Positions 1 to 9,724 are shown, counted from the stretch's first letter. The stretch is 64,000 bases of DNA from Candidatus Moraniibacteriota bacterium (GCA_963743885.1 CAVURJ010000001.1:76949-140948), one strand, 5' to 3'. Numbers and translations are program-made. Notes: generated by a model not told the origin, from the letters alone.

Positions 1-1
1 C

Positions 2-1147
2 GTTACTGGCGGTGAGAGAAGCATTGGTACCGCCGTGAGCGAGAGAGAGATAATTGGTATCGACGCTCCAGGTGCCAGAGGAAATGGTCGGGACGCCGGT
101 CGAAGCGCTCGTATTGAGGCCGGTACCGCCGTACTGGGCACCGATGGCGGTACCTTGCCAAATGCCGGCGGAAATAGTGCCGGCAGATGTGATACCCGCA
201 AAGGTGGCTGCGCCAGCAGACGTGATACCCCAATTATCATCCGTGATGGAGACGCCGGTCGAAGCAACGTTGCCGATGGTAATCGTATCCGCACCACCAT
301 TGCCGATGGTGATCGTGTCTGTACCAGTTGAACCAAGGGTCACGGTCGTAGCGGACGTAGCAGTGAGCGATGTACCGGTGACGGAAACCGAATCATTCAA
401 GCTGATAACGCCAACACCGGCAGCGGTAAGCGTCAAATCTTCGCCAGTCGCCGTAGTCATGTCTGTCGTAGCGCCCGAAAAGACCAGACCGGTCGAGCCG
501 ATGGTCTTGTTGGTGAGCGTCTGCGCCGTCGCGAGGTCGGCGATCGTGATGGTACCGGACGGAAGTGTCGCCGTCGTCGAGGCAGTCGCAGTGAGCGTCA
601 TCGGGAAGGCGCCGGATGTCGAGAAGGCATCCGCGAAGGACACGGTCTTACCGTTTGCGACGGTGAGAGTACCGGTCGTGTCGGTCACCGTGAGGCCATG
701 GACCTTGTCCGCGTTCATGGCGTACGGAGCGGCCGTAAAGCGCACGAGCGGGGTCATCTGGCCGTTCGCGTTGAAGTTGATGCCAAGGTAGATGTTGTCG
801 GTGTTGAAATCAACCGAGCCAGGCAGCGTCGTGGTGTCGCCGAGATCAGTCTGGAAAATACCGTCCGTGACCGTGATGCTCTTGGATTCGCGCCACACGG
901 CATCGTTGTTCGCACCGCTCGTACAAGCCGTGGCCGGACTGCCGGTCGTGTAGAGACAAAACAGGAATGTGTAGCTGCCGTTCGTGACGTTGGTCCCGTC
1001 GGTATTGGTCACCTTACCCTGGAAGTTGATCTGGCGATTGATGCCAGCAGCAGCCTGTACAGAGGCAGAAAAAAGCCAAAAGCCCCCCATCCCGAGGATG
1101 GTGGCTACGAGCAGCACGCTGATGATATTTTTGTTTTTCCCCTCCAT
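2..1147 (-). CDS. Large Thr/Gly-rich secreted surface protein, N-terminal part (runs off left edge)
   Basis: Own translation from ATG 1147: MEGKNKNIISVLLVATILGMGGFWLFSASVQAAAGINRQINFQGKVTNTDG...RFTAAPYAMNADKV...; signal peptide; open to window edge; ORF 54..791(+) is its antisense shadow. Confidence 0.8.
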   Translation of the reverse strand, partial: MEGKNKNIISVLLVATILGMGGFWLFSASVQAAAGINRQINFQGKVTNTDGTNVTNGSYTFLFCLYTTGSPATACTSGANNDAVWRESKSITVTDGIFQTDLGDTTTLPGSVDFNTDNIYLGINFNANGQMTPLVRFTAAPYAMNADKVHGLTVTDTTGTLTVANGKTVSFADAFSTSGAFPMTLTATASTTATLPSGTITIADLATAQTLTNKTIGSTGLVFSGATTDMTTATGEDLTLTAAGVGVISLNDSVSVTGTSLTATSATTVTLGSTGTDTITIGNGGADTITIGNVASTGVSITDDNWGITSAGAATFAGITSAGTISAGIWQGTAIGAQYGGTGLNTSASTGVPTISSGTWSVDTNYLSLAHGGTNASLTASN

Positions 1148-1224
1148 AACCCCTTTAAAGAAGCAAAAACGGGAGAAGGTCTATCTTTTTCTTTCTTCGC
1201 CCGTTTCCATTGAACTCACTATCT

Positions 1225-1253
1225 ATTATACACGAAAAAAATGGCTTAGTCAA
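1225..1253 (-). promoter_or_regulatory. sigma70-type promoter TTGACT-N17-TATAAT
   Basis: Near-consensus hexamers, 17-bp spacer, ~80 bp upstream of the ATG at 1147. Confidence 0.7.
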
Positions 1254-1393
1254 GCCATAAACAGTTTGACGTATATAGAGAGTCATTTCATGCATTTCAC
1301 GAAAGATAGAAAGTCGGCCACTATTTTCCGCGTTGTCAAGAAAACAAAAAATGGCTTTTTTAAGCCATTATAGTAAAAAACAGAAAAGTCCGG

Positions 1394-2011
1394 TCACTTT
1401 TTGAAGGAAAAACTACCGAGAATATCCTGGAAGTCTTTTTCGATACGATCCGGATCAGCAAAAGATTGCGAACTAACGCTTACTGTAGCCAAAATACCGC
1501 TTCCCAGGATAAAAGCTGTCTTCTCATACCCCTCTTCTTTCTTCGTAAAGACGACTCCCTCGGATCCATCAGCTATTTTCCCTTTTTCTCGGCCATATTG
1601 TGCCTTCTTGACATCATTCCGGAGGCGATAAGCCGGGATATCATCAAGTGTCTTGCCATGCATATCCATGATAGCGAAGGCAAACGTCCTTGACGACATT
1701 CCCGATGCGACAAAAACACCCTTTTCAAGCGACACCGTATCCGGATCGGTCTCACGCGGCGTATATCCGCCAGGATACGAGAAAATGGCGTATTGCCCAT
1801 CAAATCGGACTGGGGAAAGCAATGCCTCCGTCTCGGCCTGCGTCGGTCCCTGCTCGATGGTCCGGACTACGCCGACGGCTGGGCGATTGAAAAGCCAAAC
1901 AAGCAACGCAATCGCGATGACAACAAGCGCTACAAACACGATAAGCAAGGTCTTTTTCCAGCTTTTCTTTGACTTTTCCTCTGGATTCTTCTCTGATACA
2001 GATTCAGTCAT
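1394..2011 (-). CDS. Membrane-anchored hypothetical protein (possible PsbP-like extracellular domain)
   Basis: Basic N-terminus, single TM helix, FSYP motif, ends ILGSFSFK. Confidence 0.7.
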   Translation of the reverse strand: MTESVSEKNPEEKSKKSWKKTLLIVFVALVVIAIALLVWLFNRPAVGVVRTIEQGPTQAETEALLSPVRFDGQYAIFSYPGGYTPRETDPDTVSLEKGVFVASGMSSRTFAFAIMDMHGKTLDDIPAYRLRNDVKKAQYGREKGKIADGSEGVVFTKKEEGYEKTAFILGSGILATVSVSSQSFADPDRIEKDFQDILGSFSFKK

Positions 2012-2086
2012 ATCGTCACAATCTTTTTCTCTTTGTTTTTTCTTATTTCTTGTCTCTTGTCCCTTTTATCTCTTATCACTCATCCC

Positions 2087-3022
2087 TTATCCTCTTGCTC
2101 GGCGCTTCCGCCTCACTACTCTATCAGCCGCAAAGACTGCTATCAGGCCGATACATCCAGCGATGAAGGCTGGCGGTACGACAAATACCCGCTCTTCTAC
2201 GGTTTCAAAGGCTTCCAGGCCATCGTAGCGGTACCCGAGACGGAGCGTATACACGCCAGGAACCCAAGCAGTCATCACTGGCCGCATCTTGACAACTATA
2301 TCACGTGTCGCTCCAGGCAATACGATGGAAGAATCCTCATTCACGATACCTTTTGCTACCAGACGACCTCGAGGATCAAGCAGATCCGACCGACCGCGCG
2401 GCACGATATGCACGTTGCCCATATTGCGGAAAGCGAGCCGCATCGAACGCACCGAGCCAAAAATATCCCGATCCATCGAAGATGAAACGAATTCCATGCC
2501 ATAGCGCTCACCGCCCATTTTTTTCATGAAAACAAGGGCTGAGATGCGCTGTTCAAGAGCAATATTGGCCGGTCCACTCCGAAGCACATCAGGATTGCCC
2601 GCATCAAAGAGAATAGACCCGTAATGTCCGCCTGGTGCCAGATCAGGCGTATTCACCAATCGGCCACGAAGCTCAGCCGTACCACCAGCCGGCACGGTCA
2701 CGCTATCGCTCTCAAGCGCTATCCAGGACGCCCGATCATACGACTGCTCAATATCACGTGCGGCACCAAGGAAAGCTGTACCAGCGGAAATATCCAGCGA
2801 TCCAAAATCCACCGCGAATGCAGAAAAATGCACATCAGACGGCGAATCGTTCGAAAGCGTGATTGTAAAAGGCTTTTCCGTCTCGCCCGGCTCGAAAACG
2901 AGATCGCTCAAGAAAGGCTCAACAGAAACACCTATTCCCGCTGCTTGCGCGGGAATAGCAAAGATACAAGAGACGAGAGACAAGAAACAAACGGCGGAAA
3001 AGACAACAAGGAGAGCGCGCAT
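2087..3022 (-). CDS. Secreted Ig-like protein with C-terminal TM anchor (DUF916/DUF3324-like)
   Basis: Start chosen at MRALLVVF (signal peptide); PGGHYGSILF and FRNMGNVHIVPRG motifs; C-terminal TM plus basic tail. Confidence 0.7.
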   Translation of the reverse strand: MRALLVVFSAVCFLSLVSCIFAIPAQAAGIGVSVEPFLSDLVFEPGETEKPFTITLSNDSPSDVHFSAFAVDFGSLDISAGTAFLGAARDIEQSYDRASWIALESDSVTVPAGGTAELRGRLVNTPDLAPGGHYGSILFDAGNPDVLRSGPANIALEQRISALVFMKKMGGERYGMEFVSSSMDRDIFGSVRSMRLAFRNMGNVHIVPRGRSDLLDPRGRLVAKGIVNEDSSIVLPGATRDIVVKMRPVMTAWVPGVYTLRLGYRYDGLEAFETVEERVFVVPPAFIAGCIGLIAVFAADRVVRRKRRARG

Positions 3023-3074
3023 AAGAAATCGTAACAATATGTCGACTACAAAACGAATCTTTGCGTTTTTTCTG

Positions 3075-3166
3075 TCATTCCGAGCTTGTCGAGGAATCCC
3101 GTGCCAAAAAGGAAGAGGTAAGATTCTTCGCGAAGCCCCCCCGCCTTTGGCGGGCTCAGAATGACA
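3075..3166. repeat. REP-like composite hairpin (GTCATTCCGAGC...CTCAGAATGAC) with nested CCCGCC-TTT-GGCGGG
   Basis: Terminal inverted repeat gtcattc/gaatgac, inner gaatc/gattc, intergenic. Confidence 0.6.
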
Positions 3167-3207
3167 ACGACTTGTTTTGTGATCGCTATAACTACGACTC
3201 CAGTATA

Positions 3208-4251
3208 TCAGGCTTTGCCGAAAGTACGTATCTTGCGATAGAAGCCAAGGAAGGTATTCTTGAAACCGATGAAGGCGAAGAAAAGAATCACTGCTGACGC
3301 CCCAATCACCCTCCAAGGCATCACCCAAAATGATACCTCCGCCTCAAGCGGGACATCACGAGTACCATCGTCGTAGGCCATGACCAGCTTGGCCGTATAC
3401 TTGCCGAAACGGAGTTTGTGAGCCTGCGAGAAATCCCATTGGAGTTCAGAAATCGGCTGTCCATCCTCATCAAAGACGGTGCGATCGCCATCACGCTTTT
3501 CAATACGAAGCGGGAATCCATCCTCCCATTTAACCGAGTAGATACGGTTGGAATCAGGAAGAATATTCCCCATCCCCTCATTAACGTCCAAAAGAGCAAC
3601 TTGTTTGTCTGTAGTAGAACTAATAAAAATATTGCCCCTCGGAGCCACATGGACATTGCCAGAATTTCTCACCTTAACATTGAATGTTGTCGGGAGAAAT
3701 TCATACCATGAACGATCGGTGGAAAACTCCGCAATCTGCGCCTCTCTTCTTGCATCCGGAGTCCTCACATCAAGCAAAACAAGAACTGCCGAACCGCCAG
3801 TAATAGCCGTCTGTCGTACTCCTGTTTTGACCTCTTCATCAGCCCTGGAAAATACGACTGCGTAGTAATAGCCAAATGAAGCGCTCTTGGGCGGATTGAG
3901 CGTCGTGGTAATCGTTTTCCATTCCTGTGGATCGATATTGAAAGCATCCTCCGAGAAAGAAATCCACTTGATGAAATCATCGCTCGGCTCCGGATCCATG
4001 AGCTGCGGCTGGCCGTTTTCCTGGTATGCCTTAAACTTCATCAGGCTCGCCTTGATCCTTTCCGACTGACTGCCGCCATTCTTAATCTTGATTTGAGCAG
4101 ATACTGGTGCTCCTGGCTCGGTAACGAGGCTGATTGGAAGCGGGGACGTGACAAGATTCAAGCTACCATCAGATTGAGCAGAAGCAACCGGAATAGCAAT
4201 CAAAAAACAGAGTACAATAAACAGTGAGCCAGAGAAGAGATGTTTGGTCAT
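3208..4251 (-). CDS. DUF916/DUF3324-like surface protein, copy 1
   Basis: Starts MTKHLFSG; signal peptide, GYYYAVVF, NSGNVHVAPRG, C-terminal TM. Confidence 0.75.
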   Translation of the reverse strand: MTKHLFSGSLFIVLCFLIAIPVASAQSDGSLNLVTSPLPISLVTEPGAPVSAQIKIKNGGSQSERIKASLMKFKAYQENGQPQLMDPEPSDDFIKWISFSEDAFNIDPQEWKTITTTLNPPKSASFGYYYAVVFSRADEEVKTGVRQTAITGGSAVLVLLDVRTPDARREAQIAEFSTDRSWYEFLPTTFNVKVRNSGNVHVAPRGNIFISSTTDKQVALLDVNEGMGNILPDSNRIYSVKWEDGFPLRIEKRDGDRTVFDEDGQPISELQWDFSQAHKLRFGKYTAKLVMAYDDGTRDVPLEAEVSFWVMPWRVIGASAVILFFAFIGFKNTFLGFYRKIRTFGKA

Positions 4252-5307
4252 ATGAGAAGCCATAGGGCTATTGCTGGAGCGCCTTAAGCCGGCGTCGCAG
4301 GCGGATGACGTACATGGTGAGACCGACAATAAGCGCGAAGTTAAGAAGCGCGGCTCCAATCACTCTCCAAGGCATCACCCAAAATGATACCTCCGCCTCA
4401 AGCTGGACATCACGAGTACCATCGTCGTAGGCCATGACCAGCTTGGCCGTATACTTGCCGAAACGGAGTTTGTGAGCCTGCGAGAAATCCCATTGGAGTT
4501 CAGAAATCGGCTGTCCATCCTCATCAAAGACGGTGCGATCGCCATCACGCTTTTCAATACGAAGCGGGAATCCATCCTCCCATTTAACCGAGTAGATACG
4601 GTTGGAATCAGGAAGAATATTCCCCATCCCCTCATTAACGTCCAAAAGAGCAACTTGTTTGTCTGTAGTAGAACTAATAAAAATATTGCCCCTCGGAGCC
4701 ACATGGACATTGCCAGAATTTCTCACCTTAACATTGAATGTTGTCGGGAGAAATTCATACCATGAACGATCGGTGGAAAACTCCGCAATCTGCGCCTCTC
4801 TTCTTGCATCCGGAGTCCTCACATCAAGCAAAACAAGAACTGCCGAACCGCCAGTAATAGCCGTCTGTCGTACTCCTGTTTTGACCTCTTCATCAGCCCT
4901 GGAAAATACGACTGCGTAGTAATAGCCAAATGAAGCGCTCTTGGGCGGATTGAGCGTCGTGGTAATCGTTTTCCATTCCTGTGGATCGATATTGAAAGCA
5001 TCCTCCGAGAAAGAAATCCACTTGATGAAATCATCGCTCGGCTCCGGATCCATGAGCTGCGGCTGGCCGTTTTCCTGGTATGCCTTAAACTTCATCAGGC
5101 TCGCCTTGATCCTTTCCGACTGACTGCCGCCATTCTTAATCTTGATTTGAGCAGATACTGGTGCTCCTGGCTCGGTAACGAGGCTGATTGGAAGCGGGGA
5201 CGTGACAAGATTCAAGCTACCATCAGATTGAGCAGAAGCAACCGGAATAGCAATCAAAAAACAGAGTACAATAAACAGTGAGCCAGAGAAGAGATGTTTG
5301 GTCATAT
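3302..5307. repeat. 952-bp near-identical direct repeat (3302-4253 and 4356-5307)
   Basis: Offset 1054; shadow ORFs in several frames are identical; two mismatches seen (3309/4363, 3350/4404). Confidence 0.95.
4268..5305 (-). CDS. DUF916/DUF3324-like surface protein, copy 2
   Basis: Identical to copy 1 except one P/Q change and a different C-terminal TM/tail. Confidence 0.75.
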   Translation of the reverse strand: MTKHLFSGSLFIVLCFLIAIPVASAQSDGSLNLVTSPLPISLVTEPGAPVSAQIKIKNGGSQSERIKASLMKFKAYQENGQPQLMDPEPSDDFIKWISFSEDAFNIDPQEWKTITTTLNPPKSASFGYYYAVVFSRADEEVKTGVRQTAITGGSAVLVLLDVRTPDARREAQIAEFSTDRSWYEFLPTTFNVKVRNSGNVHVAPRGNIFISSTTDKQVALLDVNEGMGNILPDSNRIYSVKWEDGFPLRIEKRDGDRTVFDEDGQPISELQWDFSQAHKLRFGKYTAKLVMAYDDGTRDVQLEAEVSFWVMPWRVIGAALLNFALIVGLTMYVIRLRRRLKALQQ

Positions 5308-5375
5308 ATCTATCATCACTTATCTTTTATCCCTCATCTACTATCTAGGATTTCCCCAAGTATACCCCTTTTTCA

Positions 5376-5409
5376 GCCAAAACAAAACCCCCTCCTTTCG
5401 GAGGGGGTT
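5376..5409 (-). terminator. Rho-independent terminator
   Basis: AACCCCCTCC-GAAA-GGAGGGGGTT then TTGTTTT on minus strand, just after stop at 5419. Confidence 0.75.
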
Positions 5410-5418
5410 AAAAATTCT

Positions 5419-6498
5419 CTAGAATCGACCCGCAGCCACAATAGTGAGTGTATCGGTATAATCCGAAGCTGCTGCCTGCACTGCCGAAATCTTCGCGCGC
5501 TCGATAAGGGTCAAGACATCTCCGCTCGCCACGCCATCACAAGAAGCAATCGGTTGGAAAGAAGTTGAAAGGGTTCCGCCTGAAGTTGTATTTGCACCAA
5601 GGTATTCCGGATCAATAACAAGGTTCGAACTTCCAGAACATGTCTCCGTTGTTTCATCAACATCCAAGACGTAACCGGTTAATGAGGCCAAATCTGAAGG
5701 AGCTCCATTTACCGTTCCAGCTGTAGCAATAGAGGCTGAGGCAACGGTCGAATTCAAAGCCGCATTAGCGCTCTTAACCCAAGCTATCCATCCATCCTGA
5801 GCATTAGTAGCAACAGTTAATGTATTTCCGTATGTTGAAGTCGTCGTCGTAGAAAGATTTCCCGTAAACGAATCCGTATTCGCATCGGCATCGGCATCGG
5901 CTCCATCACCAAATACGACACTGAATGTCGGTGGAACGGTTGCGGAAATTACCAGTTGATCATTAGCTATGACGGACAGCGCGTAGCTGGAAGAATCTAT
6001 TGTGGCCGCCCCGCTTGTTCGCGTGGTAATAGTTCCGACCTGATCATTTCCAAGCGCGCCAGTAGTCAATGTTGATGTTCCAGTGAAGTGAAAGCAGTAC
6101 ATGGTTCCAACAACAAGATCCCCGGAAGGGAATGTGACCGTCTTACCCGAAACCGAGTCCGCATCAGTTACGCCAGATGTCATACCAATCCAAAACGTTG
6201 ATCCTGTCGGAAGATTAGTATCATCCACTACCCAGTTCGTTGCGGTGCTATTCACTGTAAAATCAGTTCCTGCTACCGTTGGGAAAGTGACCTGAACATC
6301 ACTCTCGGTATTGGCAGTCGCTGGCCGGGCACACACCGTACCACCGGTTGTTGTAACATCACTTATACGATCAAGCCGAACATACGCTTGCTGGAAGTTC
6401 GCCGCTTCAACCTTATTTACGAGAATCGGGAGAACAATGACTAAAAGAAGTACAATCGCCTCAAGCACGGCCGTCCTCCGGATAAACATTCGCTTCAT
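5419..6498 (-). CDS. Secreted Thr-rich beta-sandwich surface protein (WxL/fimbrial-like C-terminal domain)
   Basis: Signal peptide; VATNAQDGW motif; ends AASDYTDTLTIVAAGRF. Confidence 0.75.
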   Translation of the reverse strand: MKRMFIRRTAVLEAIVLLLVIVLPILVNKVEAANFQQAYVRLDRISDVTTTGGTVCARPATANTESDVQVTFPTVAGTDFTVNSTATNWVVDDTNLPTGSTFWIGMTSGVTDADSVSGKTVTFPSGDLVVGTMYCFHFTGTSTLTTGALGNDQVGTITTRTSGAATIDSSSYALSVIANDQLVISATVPPTFSVVFGDGADADADANTDSFTGNLSTTTTSTYGNTLTVATNAQDGWIAWVKSANAALNSTVASASIATAGTVNGAPSDLASLTGYVLDVDETTETCSGSSNLVIDPEYLGANTTSGGTLSTSFQPIASCDGVASGDVLTLIERAKISAVQAAASDYTDTLTIVAAGRF

Positions 6499-6558
6499 AC
6501 TTTTCGATTAATGTTCGTTTTGTTCGAAAACACGAGAGTTTTCACTCGCTCACTTACC

Positions 6559-6587
6559 ATTATACACGAAAAATGCTCGCTCGTCAA
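6559..6587 (-). promoter_or_regulatory. sigma70-type promoter TTGACG-N17-TATAAT
   Basis: 17-bp spacer; shares TTTTTCGTGTATAAT with promoter at 1225. Confidence 0.7.
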
Positions 6588-6683
6588 AGATTTCATCTAT
6601 ACGGACCGATACAGACTCTACGCTGACTCGCACGGACGGGTGCAAATCATACACCGATTCATACTGACCTCATGAAAACATCA

Positions 6684-7766
6684 TCAGAAACTTCCCGAAG
6701 CGATGACGGTGAGCGTCTCGACATAATCGCCAGCAGCAGGAGTAGTGTTCGCAGACTTGGCCTTGAGGACGAACGAGCCGCGGCCGGCTGTGATCGGTGC
6801 AGAAGTCGAGAAGATTTCGCGGATAGTCGTATTCGTCACGCCGACCGTATCAGAGCTGCCATTATACGGTGCGACGAGTGCGAGTGGGCCGCCTGACCCC
6901 TGGGCTACCGAGGCTCCTTGAGCACCAAAACCGCTCTGGGCAGCGGAAAGATCGGCCGTTGCCGAAGAGATAGTATGGCTCGCTGTCGAGCTGTACAGGC
7001 CGCCATTGGCAGAGCTCACATAGACCTTGCCGCCGGTCGTGCCATTGGTATCAAGATCAATCCAGACACGATTTCCGCTCGTTACAACCGACCCGGCTGG
7101 CAAGCTTCCGAGGTCGATATCCCGTATCTCATTTTCATCCGATGACGATGTTCCTATATCAATATCAAATGAAAGCTGCGGGTTCGATGTCGCGACAGCG
7201 GCTGTCGGTCCGTAGCCGGTCTCGGTAAACTTGCCCTGCCAGGCCTTCACTTTGACCGTATAGGTCGTTCCGGCCGCAAGACCGATGATGTCCATACCGC
7301 TCGCTCCGCCCCAGGCGGCATATGTCTGGTAGTCTTCGAGACCAAGCGTCGCGCCTATGGTCGCATCGCTCTGCACATAGCGCGTATCGGCTACGAAACC
7401 GTCCGTACTGATCGCGATAGCGAAGAGCGTATCGGTCGGATTGCCACCAGTCGCAAGGACGATGTGGAGCTTGTTGTAATAGTTCGAGGGATTGGTGAAG
7501 GTCGGAGCAGGCGGTACATCGGCCTGATTAGTATATTGGAGGCCTGTTCCAGCCTTATAGGCAGCGCTCGAGAGGAGCCCCTGGCTCTGCTCACCAGCAA
7601 GCGTCTCTGCGGCATAGTCAGTCGACGTCGCGTTGCTCGTCCCACCACTCCCGAAGCTGTAATTCTGGAGCTGATAGCTCGTAGACGCAGGCATCACGAG
7701 CATGATAAAAAGTCCCGATGGGATAGGAAGGATGCGCCGCAAAAGATGACGAAAATACTGCTGCAT
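6684..7766 (-). CDS. Secreted surface protein with Fn3-like and WxL/fimbrial-like domains
   Basis: GLAAGTTYTVKVKA (Fn3-like); ends PAAGDYVETLTVIASGSF like the neighbouring gene. Confidence 0.75.
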   Translation of the reverse strand: MQQYFRHLLRRILPIPSGLFIMLVMPASTSYQLQNYSFGSGGTSNATSTDYAAETLAGEQSQGLLSSAAYKAGTGLQYTNQADVPPAPTFTNPSNYYNKLHIVLATGGNPTDTLFAIAISTDGFVADTRYVQSDATIGATLGLEDYQTYAAWGGASGMDIIGLAAGTTYTVKVKAWQGKFTETGYGPTAAVATSNPQLSFDIDIGTSSSDENEIRDIDLGSLPAGSVVTSGNRVWIDLDTNGTTGGKVYVSSANGGLYSSTASHTISSATADLSAAQSGFGAQGASVAQGSGGPLALVAPYNGSSDTVGVTNTTIREIFSTSAPITAGRGSFVLKAKSANTTPAAGDYVETLTVIASGSF

Positions 7767-7775
7767 AAGCTGACG

Positions 7776-8216
7776 CTATGATACCAAATCTGACGGCTCA
7801 GCGCACGCGTCTCGGAAAGAATGCTTGAAAAAAAGCGCGACGGCTCCAATCGTCAGGAAGACATCGGCGAGATTGAACACTGGGAAGTGCGGCAAGAAGA
7901 CATAATCCGTCACGCAACCATAAGCGAAGCGCTCATAGAAGTTGCTCGCTCCCGCCGCGATGAGCATGAGCCACGGCCATGCCTCAGAAAAATCCGCCGC
8001 CGTCCGAAAACCGTAAAAGAAAAGGAGAAAAGCGGCGAGCGCGAGTACAAAAAGTATCATTGGAGAGAACGGCATACCGAACGCTCCCCAAGCATTGCAA
8101 GAAAAATACCCTTCATCATTCCAAACAGTCACGGCTAGACGAACGATTTGGCAAAAGACAAACAAAAAAGCCGCAAAAAGGATTCCTAGCATCGCTTTCT
8201 GCGGCTTCATATACAT
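7776..8216 (-). CDS. lspA: Signal peptidase II (lipoprotein signal peptidase)
   Basis: N-x-x-GAFG, GASNFYER, GCVTDY, FPVFNLAD motifs. Confidence 0.85.
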   Translation of the reverse strand: MYMKPQKAMLGILFAAFLFVFCQIVRLAVTVWNDEGYFSCNAWGAFGMPFSPMILFVLALAAFLLFFYGFRTAADFSEAWPWLMLIAAGASNFYERFAYGCVTDYVFLPHFPVFNLADVFLTIGAVALFFKHSFRDACAEPSDLVS

Positions 8217-8346
8217 CTAAATCACAAATCCAAAATCTCAATTTCCAAATAAATTACAACTCTCAAATCCGAAACGCGTGCATTCCTATTTTGAGTTTTG
8301 AATTTATTATTTGTTTGGAACTTGTAATTTTGAGCTTTGAATTTCA
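8216..8346. repeat. Degenerate 7-nt periodic inverted repeat (AAATCNC-like units)
   Basis: aaatcac aaatcca aaatctc aatttcc... mirrored by ...ttttgagttttgaattt... Confidence 0.6.
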
Positions 8347-8356
8347 AGAATTACCC

Positions 8357-8701
8357 TTAAATGGCCGTACGAGCGGCTGGGTAGACCTCGAGACGATCGA
8401 GCGGAATCTCTTCACCAGACTTCTCGCAGATGCCGTACACGCCCTTGTCCATCTTGGTAAGTGCATCGTTCACATCATGGAGCTGGCCTTCGAGATTGTC
8501 CTCGAGCGCCAGGTTATCGACATAGCCTTCCACTTCGGTCGCATTGTCGTCCTCATCATCGCCGATTTCCTCGATCTGCGTCTCATAGTTGCCGACAGCA
8601 TCAGTCGACTTCGCGAAACGGGACAGTTCGCTTTCGAGCCGCGCCTTCTCGGCGAGCAGCTTTTCCTTCAGTCTATCGAGCGTTGTCTGGTCAAGTGCCA
8701 T
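8357..8701 (-). CDS. DksA/TraR family protein
   Basis: Coiled coil with acidic tip, then YGICEKSGEEIPLDRLEVYPAAR. Confidence 0.85.
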   Translation of the reverse strand: MALDQTTLDRLKEKLLAEKARLESELSRFAKSTDAVGNYETQIEEIGDDEDDNATEVEGYVDNLALEDNLEGQLHDVNDALTKMDKGVYGICEKSGEEIPLDRLEVYPAARTAI

Positions 8702-8779
8702 ATCATTTCATCGTTACATGGTTATCATCGTTTCATTGCTTCAATGGAGCACCCTTATCTTACCAAATCAAGACCGTAT

Positions 8780-9160
8780 CTACAAGAATATGCTTTCCAG
8801 ATGCCTGATATCGGCCTTTCCTAGGGCTGGATCATACAGGATCGACAGCGCGTCGAAGGCATACGGGGCATCCTCCACCTTCTTCTCCCGAAGATAGCAC
8901 GCCGCGATCCGCTCAAGCTTGCGAAGCTTATCCCGGCCGATATTTTCCTCCGGCAACGCACCAACGCCTACTGTCCGGGTCTTCACCTCCACAAAGATGA
9001 TCCGCCCGTCTTTCTTAGCTACGATATCGATCTCGCCAAGCCGTTTCCCCGTCGTATTGCAATAATTAGTCTCCAGGATCCGATACCCCTTATCCCGAAG
9101 ATAACGGCAGCCGAGCTTCTCACCGATGCTTCCGACCTTGTTTTTTAAGAAAAACCGCAT
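8780..9160 (-). CDS. yraN: YraN family (UPF0102) nuclease
   Basis: GxxGE, GEIDIVA, FVEVKTR, C-terminal HLESIF. Confidence 0.9.
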   Translation of the reverse strand: MRFFLKNKVGSIGEKLGCRYLRDKGYRILETNYCNTTGKRLGEIDIVAKKDGRIIFVEVKTRTVGVGALPEENIGRDKLRKLERIAACYLREKKVEDAPYAFDALSILYDPALGKADIRHLESIFL

Positions 9161-9219
9161 ATTGAAGCCATTTTTGTAAAATAAAACAGCCTTTCGGCCT
9201 TCATGTTCTTTTTTACTAT

Positions 9220-9718
9220 ACCCGACACCCTATTACCTATACCCTGTCTAGGAAATTGTTGGTGTCGGGCGCTACGTGCGCCCAATAATATAAATATTTG
9301 GCTGTAGCGCCCGACGTTGCATGTGCCAACACGCATGTCGGTCACGTAGCTCCGGGTGAGAAAGCATCGGTGATCCATTGATCATTCGTGTAGTTTGTGC
9401 ATATGCTGTGTTCGTGTTCGGTCCTAACGGTTCCGCTCACTTCTCCCTTCACCGTTCTCTGGCGCGAAGCCTTTGAGTTTGTTTGAAAGAACGATTTTTT
9501 GTTTCTTTTTGTTTTTCTCCTGACTGTATTATTTTTTCAGGATTGAACTTTGTTTTTGTTTTGGTCCTCGTGTTAGGGCGAGGCGGTTCCGATACGTTGC
9601 CGGAACGCTTGAACAGTGAAAGAATTCCCCTTCACAATCAGGGGGAGATTGTGATTGGGAATTCTTTCACCGTCCGTAAACGGTTGATGGGAGCTGGTTG
9701 TCAAGAAAACTCACTTAC
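9220..9718 (-). ncRNA. Candidate long structured non-coding RNA or leader (~500 nt)
   Basis: Consensus promoter upstream, several long hairpins, no credible ORF. Confidence 0.45.
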
Positions 9719-9724
9719 AAACTC

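Noticed and set aside
54-791. 245-aa Val/Pro-rich + strand ORF
   Set aside because: Antisense shadow of the minus-strand surface protein.
3302-5307. Diversity-generating retroelement template/variable pair
   Set aside because: No reverse transcriptase, repeat too long, no adenine-specific mismatch pattern.
9220-9718. tmRNA, RNase P RNA, SRP RNA or rRNA
   Set aside because: No tRNA-like ends, no GAGGAAAGUCC, no SRP loop and no rRNA motifs seen; kept as an unknown ncRNA candidate.
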